From assembly GCA_964471595.1 (NCBI GenBank), contig CAYYGN010000006.1:26494-90493 (forward strand): a DNA stretch of 64,000 bases, read 5' to 3'. Below, one piece after another: positions 55,777 to 64,000 of the stretch; the stretch's first letter is position 1; each line of letters starts with the position of its first letter. The notes beneath the pieces were generated by a model. The model saw nothing but the letters and a program-made list of their open reading frames with translations. It made no database searches and was not told the DNA's origin. Both the position numbers and the translations under genes were made by a program. Source of the stretch: an uncultured Saprospiraceae bacterium (lineage in GTDB: Bacteria > Bacteroidota > Bacteroidia > Chitinophagales > Saprospiraceae).

Positions 55777-57102
55777 TCAGTCGGCGCCTTCAAGCAGGTA
55801 GGCAACCGCGCCTTCCATCCGCATCCCTCGGGATCCTTTGATCAGAAGGGTATGACCGGAAAGATCCTGCGTGCGGAGCCAACCGGCAGCGGAGGCGCTG
55901 TCGGCAAAACAGGGCCATTCGGCCGGGTGATCGGTCGCCGCGAAAAGCGGCCCGACCAGCACGGCAGGTATGCCGGCCGTCCTGAGCATATCAATGACTT
56001 CCTGGTGTTGGAGGGCGGCTTCATGGCCGAGTTCGAGCATGTCTCCCAGCACCGCAAGCCGGAGCGGGCTGTCCAGGGCAGCAAGACTCCGAATGGCCGC
56101 TGCCATACTGCCCGGATTGGCATTGTAAGCATCGAGAATGAGTGTGGTTGAACCCACTTGCCGGCGCTGGCTCCGGTTGTTGACCGGGGCATAGGCGCTC
56201 AAGGCTTCGGCCAGTCGCTGACCTTCAATCCCGAAGTATAACCCGACAGCCAGTGCATAGAGGATGTTGCGTGCATTGTGGATGCCGAATAGGGGTGAGG
56301 TCAGGGTACAGGTCTTGCCTTCGCCGTCCACAAAGGCCAGTTCAATGGCCGGATCCGTCCGCTTCAATTGGACAACGCCGGCCGCAGGTCGGTCACCAGA
56401 CCGGATGGGAACGACCTGCGGGTAGTCCCCCACCATTTTCGGCAGGGGATCTTCGTCGGCGAGATAAAAGATCGTCTTTCCTCCGGCTTTCAGATAGTCG
56501 TACAATTCCCCTTTGCCCCGCCGGACACCCTCCGCCCCTCCGAAACCTTCGAGATGAGCGAGTCCGATATTGGTGATGAGGCCGTAATCCGGCTCGGCGA
56601 TCGCGCATAATCCGGCGATCTCCCCGCAGGCGCTGGCTCCCAGTTCACAGACGGCAAACTCCGTCCGTGCCGGTATACTCAGCAACGTCAGCGGCACACC
56701 GATGTGATTATTGAGATTCCCGGGAGTGGCCCAGGTGCGATACTTGCAGGAGAGGGCGTGGAAGAGAAGTTCCTTGGTCGTTGTTTTGCCGTTGGAACCC
56801 GTGAGCGCCAACACCGGCAATCCCAGATGGCGGCGGTGATGACGGGCCAGGTCCTGGAGGGCCGTCAATACATCAGGTACCCAAAGGCATCCTTCCACAT
56901 TCTGCAGGGCCGGATCGTCCACGACGGCATGGGTGGCTCCTTGGGCCAAAGCGTCGCGTGCAAAGGCGTTGCCGTCGGTCTGCCCGCGCAACGCGAAAAA
57001 CATGTCCCCTTGTTCGCACAGACGGCTGTCAATGCGTACGGTCCGGCATCGGAGGTAATGCGCGTGCAGCAACCTGGTTTCCACGCGGCAAAGTAAATCC
57101 AT
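55777..57102 (-). CDS. murF: UDP-N-acetylmuramoyl-tripeptide--D-alanyl-D-alanine ligase
   Basis: Mur ligase P-loop LTGSNGKTTTKE, with family-typical N- and C-domains. 441 aa. Confidence 0.9.
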   Translation of the reverse strand: MDLLCRVETRLLHAHYLRCRTVRIDSRLCEQGDMFFALRGQTDGNAFARDALAQGATHAVVDDPALQNVEGCLWVPDVLTALQDLARHHRRHLGLPVLALTGSNGKTTTKELLFHALSCKYRTWATPGNLNNHIGVPLTLLSIPARTEFAVCELGASACGEIAGLCAIAEPDYGLITNIGLAHLEGFGGAEGVRRGKGELYDYLKAGGKTIFYLADEDPLPKMVGDYPQVVPIRSGDRPAAGVVQLKRTDPAIELAFVDGEGKTCTLTSPLFGIHNARNILYALAVGLYFGIEGQRLAEALSAYAPVNNRSQRRQVGSTTLILDAYNANPGSMAAAIRSLAALDSPLRLAVLGDMLELGHEAALQHQEVIDMLRTAGIPAVLVGPLFAATDHPAEWPCFADSASAAGWLRTQDLSGHTLLIKGSRGMRMEGAVAYLLEGAD

Positions 57103-57165
57103 TCCCCCTAAAATGACTTTAGGGCACGTCCATAAACCTCTGAAAGGTCCCGGGTAAACCCAGAC

Positions 57166-57222
57166 ATTGAGCGGGAATGAATTCTTCCAATGAAGAATTC
57201 GGTTCTTTCATTCACGCTCAAT
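57166..57222. repeat. Long imperfect inverted repeat / hairpin in the murF-upstream intergenic region
   Basis: ATTGAGCGGGAATGA (57166-57180) pairs with TCATTCACGCTCAAT (57208-57222), 14/15 complementary. An inner stem is GAATTCTTC (57179-57187) / GAAGAATTC (57192-57200). Confidence 0.6.
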
Positions 57223-57601
57223 CGGGCGTACCATGCAGACAAGCAACGCCTTGTCGGTACGCTTCGCGCAAAAAATGCTAATGCCTTTTTTGGGCTAAAA
57301 GGAACCAAGCCAGACGAGGCGTCGGGACCGGATGTTGACATAGCTTCTGCGGTGGCGCATGGAGCAAAGCCCGCCTATACTGACGCTATAGCGGGTTAAC
57401 CGGAGCTACGCAATCTTGGATCCGGGCATGTCCCGGAGAGACATCGTCGGGACTGAGCGACAACGAAGTATGGCGAAGGTCGCTTATGCAAAGACCATCG
57501 ATGATGGGCTTTTAGCTCTTAAACGGGGTTGATGGAAATGCGCTTTAACGGAATTTTAAGCTTCAAACCTTGGAGGGCAGGACAGAGGTACCTACCTTTG
57601 T

Positions 57602-58105
57602 ATGTTGTTCCTTATGAACCTGTTCCGATCAATCACCGCTTCTTTGATGGCCCTGACCCTACTGGTCAGTACCACCGGTCTGTCGGTACATGCCGTGTAT
57701 TGTCTCTGCAAGGGGGAATTGTCCTATTCCCTCGTTCATCTTGAAGTGGGCGAAATGGCTTGTGCCATGTCCTCCGAAGAGACTGAACCCTGTTGCGGGT
57801 CCAGTGAGGGATGCGGTTTGGACAGCCGGGCGGCGGGTTGTTGCCGGGATGCCGGCGAAGACCATGATTGTCGTTCGGAAGAAACCATCTATGCACGGCT
57901 CGCTGCCGTGTTTGTCACCCCGTTGGACCAACAGGACGATTCGGCGTCCGACCGGGGGGATTTGGTAGCCGGAACATGGCCTGCGCAGGAGAGCCACCTC
58001 TACATTTCCGGCCTTTTGCTAAACCGGGACGAAGGACCGCCTTTGCGGGGAGGTCCTTGGTCGCCATGCCCGGCTTACCTGGCCTTCCGTCAATTCCGCT
58101 GTTAG
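57602..58105 (+). CDS. Small Cys-rich membrane-anchored protein (resembles the Bacteroidota 'HYC_CC_PP' type found upstream of TonB receptors)
   Basis: An N-terminal TM helix is followed by ...LSVHAVYCLCKGE, EPCCGSSEGCG, AAGCCRD and a later GPP. The family name is recalled from memory and was not searched. The gene lies 42 nt upstream of the TonB-dependent receptor ORF on the same strand. Confidence 0.5.
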   Translation: MLFLMNLFRSITASLMALTLLVSTTGLSVHAVYCLCKGELSYSLVHLEVGEMACAMSSEETEPCCGSSEGCGLDSRAAGCCRDAGEDHDCRSEETIYARLAAVFVTPLDQQDDSASDRGDLVAGTWPAQESHLYISGLLLNRDEGPPLRGGPWSPCPAYLAFRQFRC

Positions 58106-58180
58106 TCTTCGTTCGTTGACCTTTCAGGACAAGCCACCCGATGGCGGGTGGTTCCATTTTTATTCCACAACGAACGAATC

Positions 58181-60403
58181 ATGCGCAACTTATTTCTGTT
58201 TTTGGCTTTTTTCCTGCCTTCCCTGACGCTGTCGGCCCAGGACCGCATGCTGGAAGGCTATGTATTCAACGAAGATGATGAGCCTTTGGTCGGGGCGGTC
58301 GTTTACTGGCGGGGATCCACCCTGTCGGCCATTGCAGACAACGATGGATTTTTCTCGTTGGCCAGACCCGATACCTTGGCCGTATTGATGATCCAGTACG
58401 TGGGTTACGACCCGGCGGAAGTGGAGGTGACTCCGGAGGAGGAGGACATTCTGATCACGTTGTCGGGAGTGGCCGTGCTGGAAGCCGTCGAGGTCACAGG
58501 CGAGCAAAAGGGCAATTATGTGTCCACCATTACTACCCGCAACATCGAGCAGATCACCAGCAAAGAGCTCAAGAAAGCGGCTTGTTGCAACCTGGCAGAG
58601 AGCTTTGAAACCAATGCTACGGTGGATGTAGGTCACACCAATGCCGTGACCGGCACCTCCGAAATCCAGATGCTCGGTCTGAGAGGCATTTACAGCCAAC
58701 TCCTGGTCGAGAACAGACCGACCATGAACGGACTGGCCCAGCCGTTTGCCCTGGAATACATCCCGGGCACCTGGATCGAGGGCATCCAGATTTCCAAAGG
58801 AGCGAGCTCGGTCGCCAACGGTCCGCAGAGCATGACCGGACAAATCAATGTCGAGTTGGTCAAGCCGGCGACGGACGTACCTGTATTCATCAATCTCTTC
58901 GGCAACCATTTGGGCCGGGCGGAGGCCAATGTGCATCTCAACCGGAAATGGTCCGGCGGTTGGAGCACGGGCCTCTTGCTGCACGGAAGCGGCATTGGTG
59001 CAGAATGGGATCAGAATGATGACGGGTTTCGGGATCTGCCGCTCAAGAACCAGTTGAACGCGATGTTCCGCTTGTTCTACGACAAGCCGGGAATGGACGG
59101 GCAGTTGAACATCCATGCCATCCGGCACCGGCAGGAGGGAGGACAACTGGCCCGTCTGGACAACCCGTGGAGAATCCGGCAGGACAATGACCGGCTGGAA
59201 GTGTTCGGCAAGACCGGGTTTGTGTTCCCCACGCAACACTTTCAGAGTGTGGGATTCATATACAACGCATATGGTCATCGCTACAGCGGAATGTATGGCG
59301 AGAGGCCGCATTCCGGCGACCAGGTCGGAGGTTACCTCAACCTGTTGTACAATGTTCAGGGTAAAAATCCCGTGCACAATTTCACCACGGGACTGAGTGC
59401 CAATTACGACCGGATTCGGGAGGATCTTTTCGGTGTTAATTTTGATCGGAAAGATTACGTCCATGGCGCCTTTGTGCAGTATGGATATGGCAGTACCGAC
59501 GATCTTTCCAAGCGCCGTTTTTCACTGCGGGATTTTGCCGGACTGATTGTCGGGTTGCGCGCTGATTATCACCAGAAATACGGGCTTTACCTGACACCGA
59601 GGATCAATGCGCGCCTGAATCTTGATGCGGCCACCGTCATTCGTTTGTCGGCAGGACGCGGATGGCGGAATCCCAACTTCCCACCCGACTGGCAGGGCAT
59701 GCTCTTCAGTAACCGGACGCTCCAGGTCCTGGATGATGTCAAACCCGAGGACGCCTGGGTATACGGCCTGAATTTTACCAAGAACATCTTTGTCGGAGAG
59801 CGATCCATCAGTCTGGTGGCCGATTTTTTCCATACGCGTTTTGTCAATCAGATCGTGATGGACATGGAGAGCGACCATACCCGAATATTGTTGTACAACC
59901 TGGACGGGCGCTCCTACAGCAACAGTGGATTGCTAATGGCCATCATGGAGGTGGCCAAAGGGCTGGAAGTCAAATTGGCCTGGAAGTACAACGAGGTGCG
60001 CACCACCTATTTTGATGAGACGCTGCAATTGCCGATGGTGCCCCAACACAGGGCTCTGGTTACCGTCGATTATGTCACGCCCGACAAGGCATGGCGGTTC
60101 AACCTGACGGCCCAGGGGGTAGGTTCCATGCGGATGCCCAGTCATCAGGGAATTCCGGCGGAAGTGTTGGAGGGTTCACCGGAAGTGACGCCGGAATACG
60201 TGTTGTTCAACGGCCAGGTCAGTTGGACCCGGGACCGGCTCGAACTGTACCTGGGGGGTGAAAACCTGGGGAATTACACCCAGGAGAAACCCATCCTGGA
60301 TGCCGCCAATCCGCAAAGCCCGCATTTTGATGCCAACCGTGTGTTTGCCCCCATCATTGGGACACGGATATACGGTGGGCTGAGATTTCAACTCGGCCAA
60401 TGA
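58181..60403 (+). CDS. TonB-dependent receptor with an N-terminal CarboxypepD_reg-like domain
   Basis: The start is at MRNLFLFLAFFLPSLTLSAQ. The CarboxypepD_reg pattern is LEGYVFNEDDEPLVGAVVYW..ADNDGFFSL. A plug follows (ITSKELKKAACCNLAESFETNA...EIQMLGLRG...ISKG). The barrel ends in the C-terminal aromatic motif ...GGLRFQLGQ. Confidence 0.9.
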   Translation: MRNLFLFLAFFLPSLTLSAQDRMLEGYVFNEDDEPLVGAVVYWRGSTLSAIADNDGFFSLARPDTLAVLMIQYVGYDPAEVEVTPEEEDILITLSGVAVLEAVEVTGEQKGNYVSTITTRNIEQITSKELKKAACCNLAESFETNATVDVGHTNAVTGTSEIQMLGLRGIYSQLLVENRPTMNGLAQPFALEYIPGTWIEGIQISKGASSVANGPQSMTGQINVELVKPATDVPVFINLFGNHLGRAEANVHLNRKWSGGWSTGLLLHGSGIGAEWDQNDDGFRDLPLKNQLNAMFRLFYDKPGMDGQLNIHAIRHRQEGGQLARLDNPWRIRQDNDRLEVFGKTGFVFPTQHFQSVGFIYNAYGHRYSGMYGERPHSGDQVGGYLNLLYNVQGKNPVHNFTTGLSANYDRIREDLFGVNFDRKDYVHGAFVQYGYGSTDDLSKRRFSLRDFAGLIVGLRADYHQKYGLYLTPRINARLNLDAATVIRLSAGRGWRNPNFPPDWQGMLFSNRTLQVLDDVKPEDAWVYGLNFTKNIFVGERSISLVADFFHTRFVNQIVMDMESDHTRILLYNLDGRSYSNSGLLMAIMEVAKGLEVKLAWKYNEVRTTYFDETLQLPMVPQHRALVTVDYVTPDKAWRFNLTAQGVGSMRMPSHQGIPAEVLEGSPEVTPEYVLFNGQVSWTRDRLELYLGGENLGNYTQEKPILDAANPQSPHFDANRVFAPIIGTRIYGGLRFQLGQ

Positions 60404-60419
60404 GGCCTGTTGACAAAGC

Positions 60420-60452
60420 AAAAAAAGGCCCTCCTTTCGGGGGGCCTTTTTT
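60420..60452. terminator. Bidirectional rho-independent terminator between the convergent TonB-receptor and mscL genes
   Basis: A7 (60420-60426), GGCCCTCC (60427-34), TTTC loop, GGGGGGCC (60439-46), T6 (60447-52). The 8-bp GC stem has one G-U pair, with a U-tract on both strands. Confidence 0.7.
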
Positions 60453-60466
60453 GTGGTTTGAAGGAA

Positions 60467-60874
60467 TTATTTTTTCAACAAATCCCGGATCTGGGTGAGC
60501 AAATCTTCGGTGCTGGGACCAGCCGGAGCCGCCGGAGCTACCTCTTTTTTCTTTTGGGTCTTTTCATAAGCTTTCATGACCATGAAAATGGCAAAAGCGA
60601 TGATCAGAAAGTCGATGATGGATTGGAGAAAGGCGCCGTAATTGAGGGTGACGGCCGGGGCAATAATGGCGCCATCGGTGCCCATTTCGGCCGCTTTGAG
60701 CGTTAAGGCGAGGTCACTGAAATTGACCCCGCCCAGCAGGAGGCCCAACGGGGGCAGGATGACATCGTTGGTAAAGGATGAAACAACGGCACCAAAAGCG
60801 CCGGCAACGATGACGGCCGTGGCGAGTTCGAGGACATTGCCCCGGAGGATGAAGGACTTGAATTCATTCCACAT
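60467..60874 (-). CDS. mscL: Large-conductance mechanosensitive channel
   Basis: The start is trimmed to [31 protein letters not shown] at 60874, the canonical MscL N-terminus. Confidence 0.9.
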   Translation of the reverse strand: MWNEFKSFILRGNVLELATAVIVAGAFGAVVSSFTNDVILPPLGLLLGGVNFSDLALTLKAAEMGTDGAIIAPAVTLNYGAFLQSIIDFLIIAFAIFMVMKAYEKTQKKKEVAPAAPAGPSTEDLLTQIRDLLKK

Positions 60875-60957
60875 GATCTGACGATTAGGGGGTTTTGAGT
60901 TGTCAAATATAGACAATGGGGAATAATGTGACCTCCGGGTGCTCACGTCCCGTGCCG

Positions 60958-60991
60958 AAAAAAAAACAGGCGACCGGTACCGGTCGCCTGT
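60958..60991 (-). terminator. Rho-independent terminator downstream of aconitase
   Basis: On the minus strand ACAGGCGACCGG-TA-CCGGTCGCCTGT (a perfect 12-bp stem) is followed by T9. Confidence 0.7.
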
Positions 60992-61012
60992 TGGGATGAG
61001 TCACTGTACAGG

Positions 61013-63295
61013 TCACATCTGGCCGAGGTCCTGGCGGATTTTGTTGAGCGCCGATCCCGCGCGAAGCCAGGAGATCTGGGCCTCGTTGTAGGTGTGATGC
61101 AGGGCGATCTCTTCGGACGTACCATCGGCGTGGCGAAGCACCATGGTAAGCGGATGGCCGGGTTGCATGGTTTCCAACCCCCGGATGTCGATCAGGTCAT
61201 CCTGGCGGATGCGGTCGTAATCCTGGGGTAGGGCAAAGGTAAGGGCGAGAAGTCCCTGCTTTTTGAGGTTGGTTTCGTGGATCCGGGCAAAGGATTTGAC
61301 GACGACGGCCTTCACGCCCAGAAAGCGGGGTTGCATGGCGGCGTGTTCCCGACTGGATCCTTCACCGTAGTTCTCTTCCCCGAATACGACGGTGCCGATT
61401 CCTGCCGCCTTGTATTTGCGGGCCGAATCAGGTACCGGCAGGAATTCGGCCATAGAGGCATCCTGGACAAAATTGGCTACCCGGTTGGTTTCATCGTTGA
61501 AAGCGTTGATGGCGCCGATGAAGGAATTGTTGGCAATATTGTCGAGATGGCCGCGGAATTTAAGCCAGGGACCTGCCATTGAGATGTGATCGGTGGTGCA
61601 CTTTCCTTTGGCCTTGATCAGGATCCGCATGTTCTCGAGTTGCGAAGCCGTGATGGGGGTAAAGGGTTCGAGGAGTTGCAGGCGAATGGAATCACGGGCC
61701 ACCTTGACCTCAATGCCGCTTCCTTTGGGAGCAGGTGGCTGGAATCCGGCGTCTTCCACGGAAAATCCTTTTGGAGGCAATTCGACGCCGGATGGCGGAT
61801 CGAGTTTCACCGTTTGCCCGTCTTCATTGACCAGGGTATCGGTGAGGGGATTAAAGGTCAGATCTCCGGCAATGGCCATGGCGGTGACAATTTCCGGCGA
61901 GGCGACAAAGGAACGCGTCTGCGGATTGCCATCGTTGCGCTTGGAAAAATTCCGGTTGAAGGAAGTGATGATGGAGTTGGCGCGATCGGGATCATCAGTG
62001 TGGCGGGCCCACTGTCCGATGCAGGGTCCGCAGGCATTGGCCAGAACGACACCGCCTATTTTTTCAAAGGCATCGAGTTGGCCGTCGCGCTCGACGGTAA
62101 ACCGGATCTGCTCCGAACCGGGGGTGACCGTAAATTCGGATTTGACTTTCAGTTTTTTGGCCACGGCCTGGCGGGCTACCGAAGCGGCGCGGTCCAGATC
62201 CTCGTAGGACGAGTTGGTACAGGAGCCAATGAGGCCGACCTCGAGTTTTTGGGGATAGCTGTTTTCACGGACCGCTGCGGCAAACCGGCTGATGGGCCAG
62301 GCCAGGTCCGGAGTGTACGGGCCATTGATGTGCGGCTCGAGTGTGGAAAGATCGATCTCGATGACCTGGTCAAAATATTTTTCCGGTTGGGCATAGCAAT
62401 CGGCATCTCCGGTGAGATGTTCCCGGATGCCGTCGGCCAGTTCGGCAACCGCTTCCCGGCCGGTGGCCCGCAGGTAGCGGCTCATGGAGGCGTCGTACCC
62501 GAAGGTGGAGGTCGTCGCTCCGATTTCGGCCCCCATGTTGCAGATGGTTCCTTTGCCCGTACAGGACATGGACTCGGCGCCGGGTCCGAAATACTCCACG
62601 ATGGCCCCTGTTCCGCCTTTGACGGTGAGGATGCCGGCCACTTTGAGAATGACATCTTTGGGGGAGGTCCAGCCATTCAGGCGACCGGTCAGTTTGACGC
62701 CGATCAATTTGGGCATTTTCAATTCCCAGGCCATTCCCGTCATGACATCCACGGCATCGGCGCCGCCTACGCCGATGGCGATCATGCCCAGGCCTCCGGC
62801 ATTGGGGGTATGACTGTCGGTACCGATCATCATCCCTCCTGGAAAAGCGTAATTCTCCAGCACGATCTGGTGGATGATGCCTGCGCCCGGTTTCCAGAAG
62901 CCGATGCCGTATTTGTTGGAAACGGAGGCGAGAAAGTCGAAGACCTCGGCATTGGCGTCCAGACTGCGGGCCAGATCCTTTTGGGCGCCGTTTTCAGCCA
63001 GGATCAGGTGATCGCAATGCACGGTACTGGGTACAGCGGTCTTTTCCCGACCGCACATCATGAACTGGAGCAGGGCCATCTGTGCGGTGGCGTCCTGCAT
63101 CGCGACCCGGTCAGGGGCGAAGAAAACATAATCCTTTCCGCGCGCATAGGCATGAAGGGGAGAGTCCTCATGCAAATGGGCGTACAGAATTTTTTCGGTG
63201 AGTGTCAACGGTCGTCCAAGCCTTTCACGGGCGGCAGCCACCCTTTGGGGAAGGGCCTCGTACGTGGCGCGGATCATATCCAGATCAAATACCAT
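61013..63295 (-). CDS. acnA: Aconitate hydratase (monomeric, ~760 aa type)
   Basis: [25 protein letters not shown] and the Fe-S ligand contexts CTNSSYEDL and [10 protein letters not shown]. Confidence 0.95.
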   Translation of the reverse strand: MVFDLDMIRATYEALPQRVAAARERLGRPLTLTEKILYAHLHEDSPLHAYARGKDYVFFAPDRVAMQDATAQMALLQFMMCGREKTAVPSTVHCDHLILAENGAQKDLARSLDANAEVFDFLASVSNKYGIGFWKPGAGIIHQIVLENYAFPGGMMIGTDSHTPNAGGLGMIAIGVGGADAVDVMTGMAWELKMPKLIGVKLTGRLNGWTSPKDVILKVAGILTVKGGTGAIVEYFGPGAESMSCTGKGTICNMGAEIGATTSTFGYDASMSRYLRATGREAVAELADGIREHLTGDADCYAQPEKYFDQVIEIDLSTLEPHINGPYTPDLAWPISRFAAAVRENSYPQKLEVGLIGSCTNSSYEDLDRAASVARQAVAKKLKVKSEFTVTPGSEQIRFTVERDGQLDAFEKIGGVVLANACGPCIGQWARHTDDPDRANSIITSFNRNFSKRNDGNPQTRSFVASPEIVTAMAIAGDLTFNPLTDTLVNEDGQTVKLDPPSGVELPPKGFSVEDAGFQPPAPKGSGIEVKVARDSIRLQLLEPFTPITASQLENMRILIKAKGKCTTDHISMAGPWLKFRGHLDNIANNSFIGAINAFNDETNRVANFVQDASMAEFLPVPDSARKYKAAGIGTVVFGEENYGEGSSREHAAMQPRFLGVKAVVVKSFARIHETNLKKQGLLALTFALPQDYDRIRQDDLIDIRGLETMQPGHPLTMVLRHADGTSEEIALHHTYNEAQISWLRAGSALNKIRQDLGQM

Positions 63296-63416
63296 GGCGG
63301 GTCATTTTGAGGGGGCAAAGGTACGGCTTTTCCGGCCAAAAAGTCGCGGCAAGTCCGGGAATAACCGTGGGTTGAACTGTTTCGCAGTTGCTATCTTTGA
63401 CCAAATCCCCAAGGTC

Positions 63417-64000
63417 ATGAGGCGCAAATTTCCCACCGTGTTCCGCTCCCTGTTTTTGGCATTTATCTGCCTGATCGCCATGACAGGAACCGTCGCACAG
63501 GCCCAGACGCCGACAGATACCATCTGGGTCATCGAGACCACCGACGGGAATACCTACACGGGCGAGATCCTTGAACTGGGGAGTACCCATCTGCGCATCC
63601 GCACAGGCATCGGGGAACTGTCGCTCCTGCGGGCGTCGGTCAAGTCCATGAAACGCCTGGATAGCGGCATGTTGAAAAATGGGGAATACTGGCCGGAAAA
63701 TCCTCACGCCAGCCGCCATTTCTGGGGGCCCAGCGGCTATGGATTGCGGAAAGGCGAGGGATATTATAAAATACCTGGATCCTCTTCAACCAGGCCAGCT
63801 ATGCCTTTTCGGATCATTTCACCATCGGCGCCGGACTCATTCCTCTGTTCTTCTTCGGCGTCTCGTCAGGCATACCGGTTTGGGTGACACCCAAATTCAG
63901 CTTTGCCTACCCCAACGGCAAGGGCAGTGTCGGGGCCGGGACCATCCTTGGCGGCCTGATTGGGGAGGATACGGAAGGCATCGGGATCCTGTACGGGGTG
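63417..64000 (+). pseudogene. Hypothetical exported/membrane protein with an apparent -1 frameshift in an A-run. It continues past the right edge.
   Basis: The start is MRRKFPTVFRSLFLAFICLIAMTGTVAQAQ (63417). The reading frame gives ...GLRKGEGYYK then low-quality sequence. Shifting one base at A4 (63768-63771) gives NTWILFNQASYAFSDHFTIGAGLIPLFFFG...ILGGLIGEDTEGIGILYGV, which is open to the window end. Confidence 0.5.

Noticed and set aside
57103-57601. tmRNA, RNase P RNA, SRP RNA, or a cobalamin/TPP riboswitch
   Set aside because: There is no T-arm (GGTTCGAnTCC) or CCA-type 3' end, and no Ala-rich tag ORF on either strand. CTGAAAGGTCCCGGG and GGAGCAAAGCC only loosely resemble RNase P P4/J15 motifs, and the ACAGAAnCCGGCTTA partner is absent. 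There is no GGAAGGAAGCAGC SRP motif, no B12 box or GCCACTG, and no CTGAGA...ACCTGATCTGG. An Rfam scan is needed for a definitive answer.

Overview
The window reads as a GC-rich Bacteroidota-type chromosomal segment. Supporting signs are T9SS C-terminal sorting domains, a UpxY/NusG-like antiterminator, a TonB-dependent receptor with a CarboxypepD_reg N-terminus, a DUF2723 protein and TAnnTTTG-like promoter boxes. I call about 55 protein-coding genes, most on the minus strand. I recognised no rRNA, tRNA, CRISPR array, transposase or integrase.

Housekeeping genes include rpiB, an rluA-family gene, tgt, an lptF/G-like gene, dapD, a surA/PpiC cluster, uvrB, murF, mscL, acnA, htrA and a CorC/CNNM gene. 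Accessory content is interspersed among them.

The most unusual content:
1. At 1-8473 a tightly packed minus-strand array holds three paralogous exported caspase-like (peptidase C14) + TPR proteins. They are interleaved with three distantly related lipoproteins that share an Asp-containing C-terminal motif. The first paralog runs off the window edge and is missing from the ORF track.
2. At 35976-36807 an ~830 bp non-coding gap upstream of the UpxY antiterminator holds a scrambled direct-repeat family and interleaved inverted repeats. The UpxY gene heads an atypical operon (RNAP alpha-CTD-like Zn-ribbon protein plus Reg_prop lipoprotein).
3. At 57103-57601 a ~500 bp hairpin-rich divergent intergenic region lies between murF and a Cys-rich small membrane protein/TonB-receptor pair.

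Also present are a HipBA toxin-antitoxin module, an AT-rich single-gene island, a CopB-type ATPase, a multicopper oxidase, a Tgt that lacks the canonical zinc-site cysteines, and a frameshifted gene at the right edge.

All calls come from reading the translations and sequence by eye. No database search or computation was run. Family names are motif-based recognitions and should be confirmed with HMM or Rfam searches.
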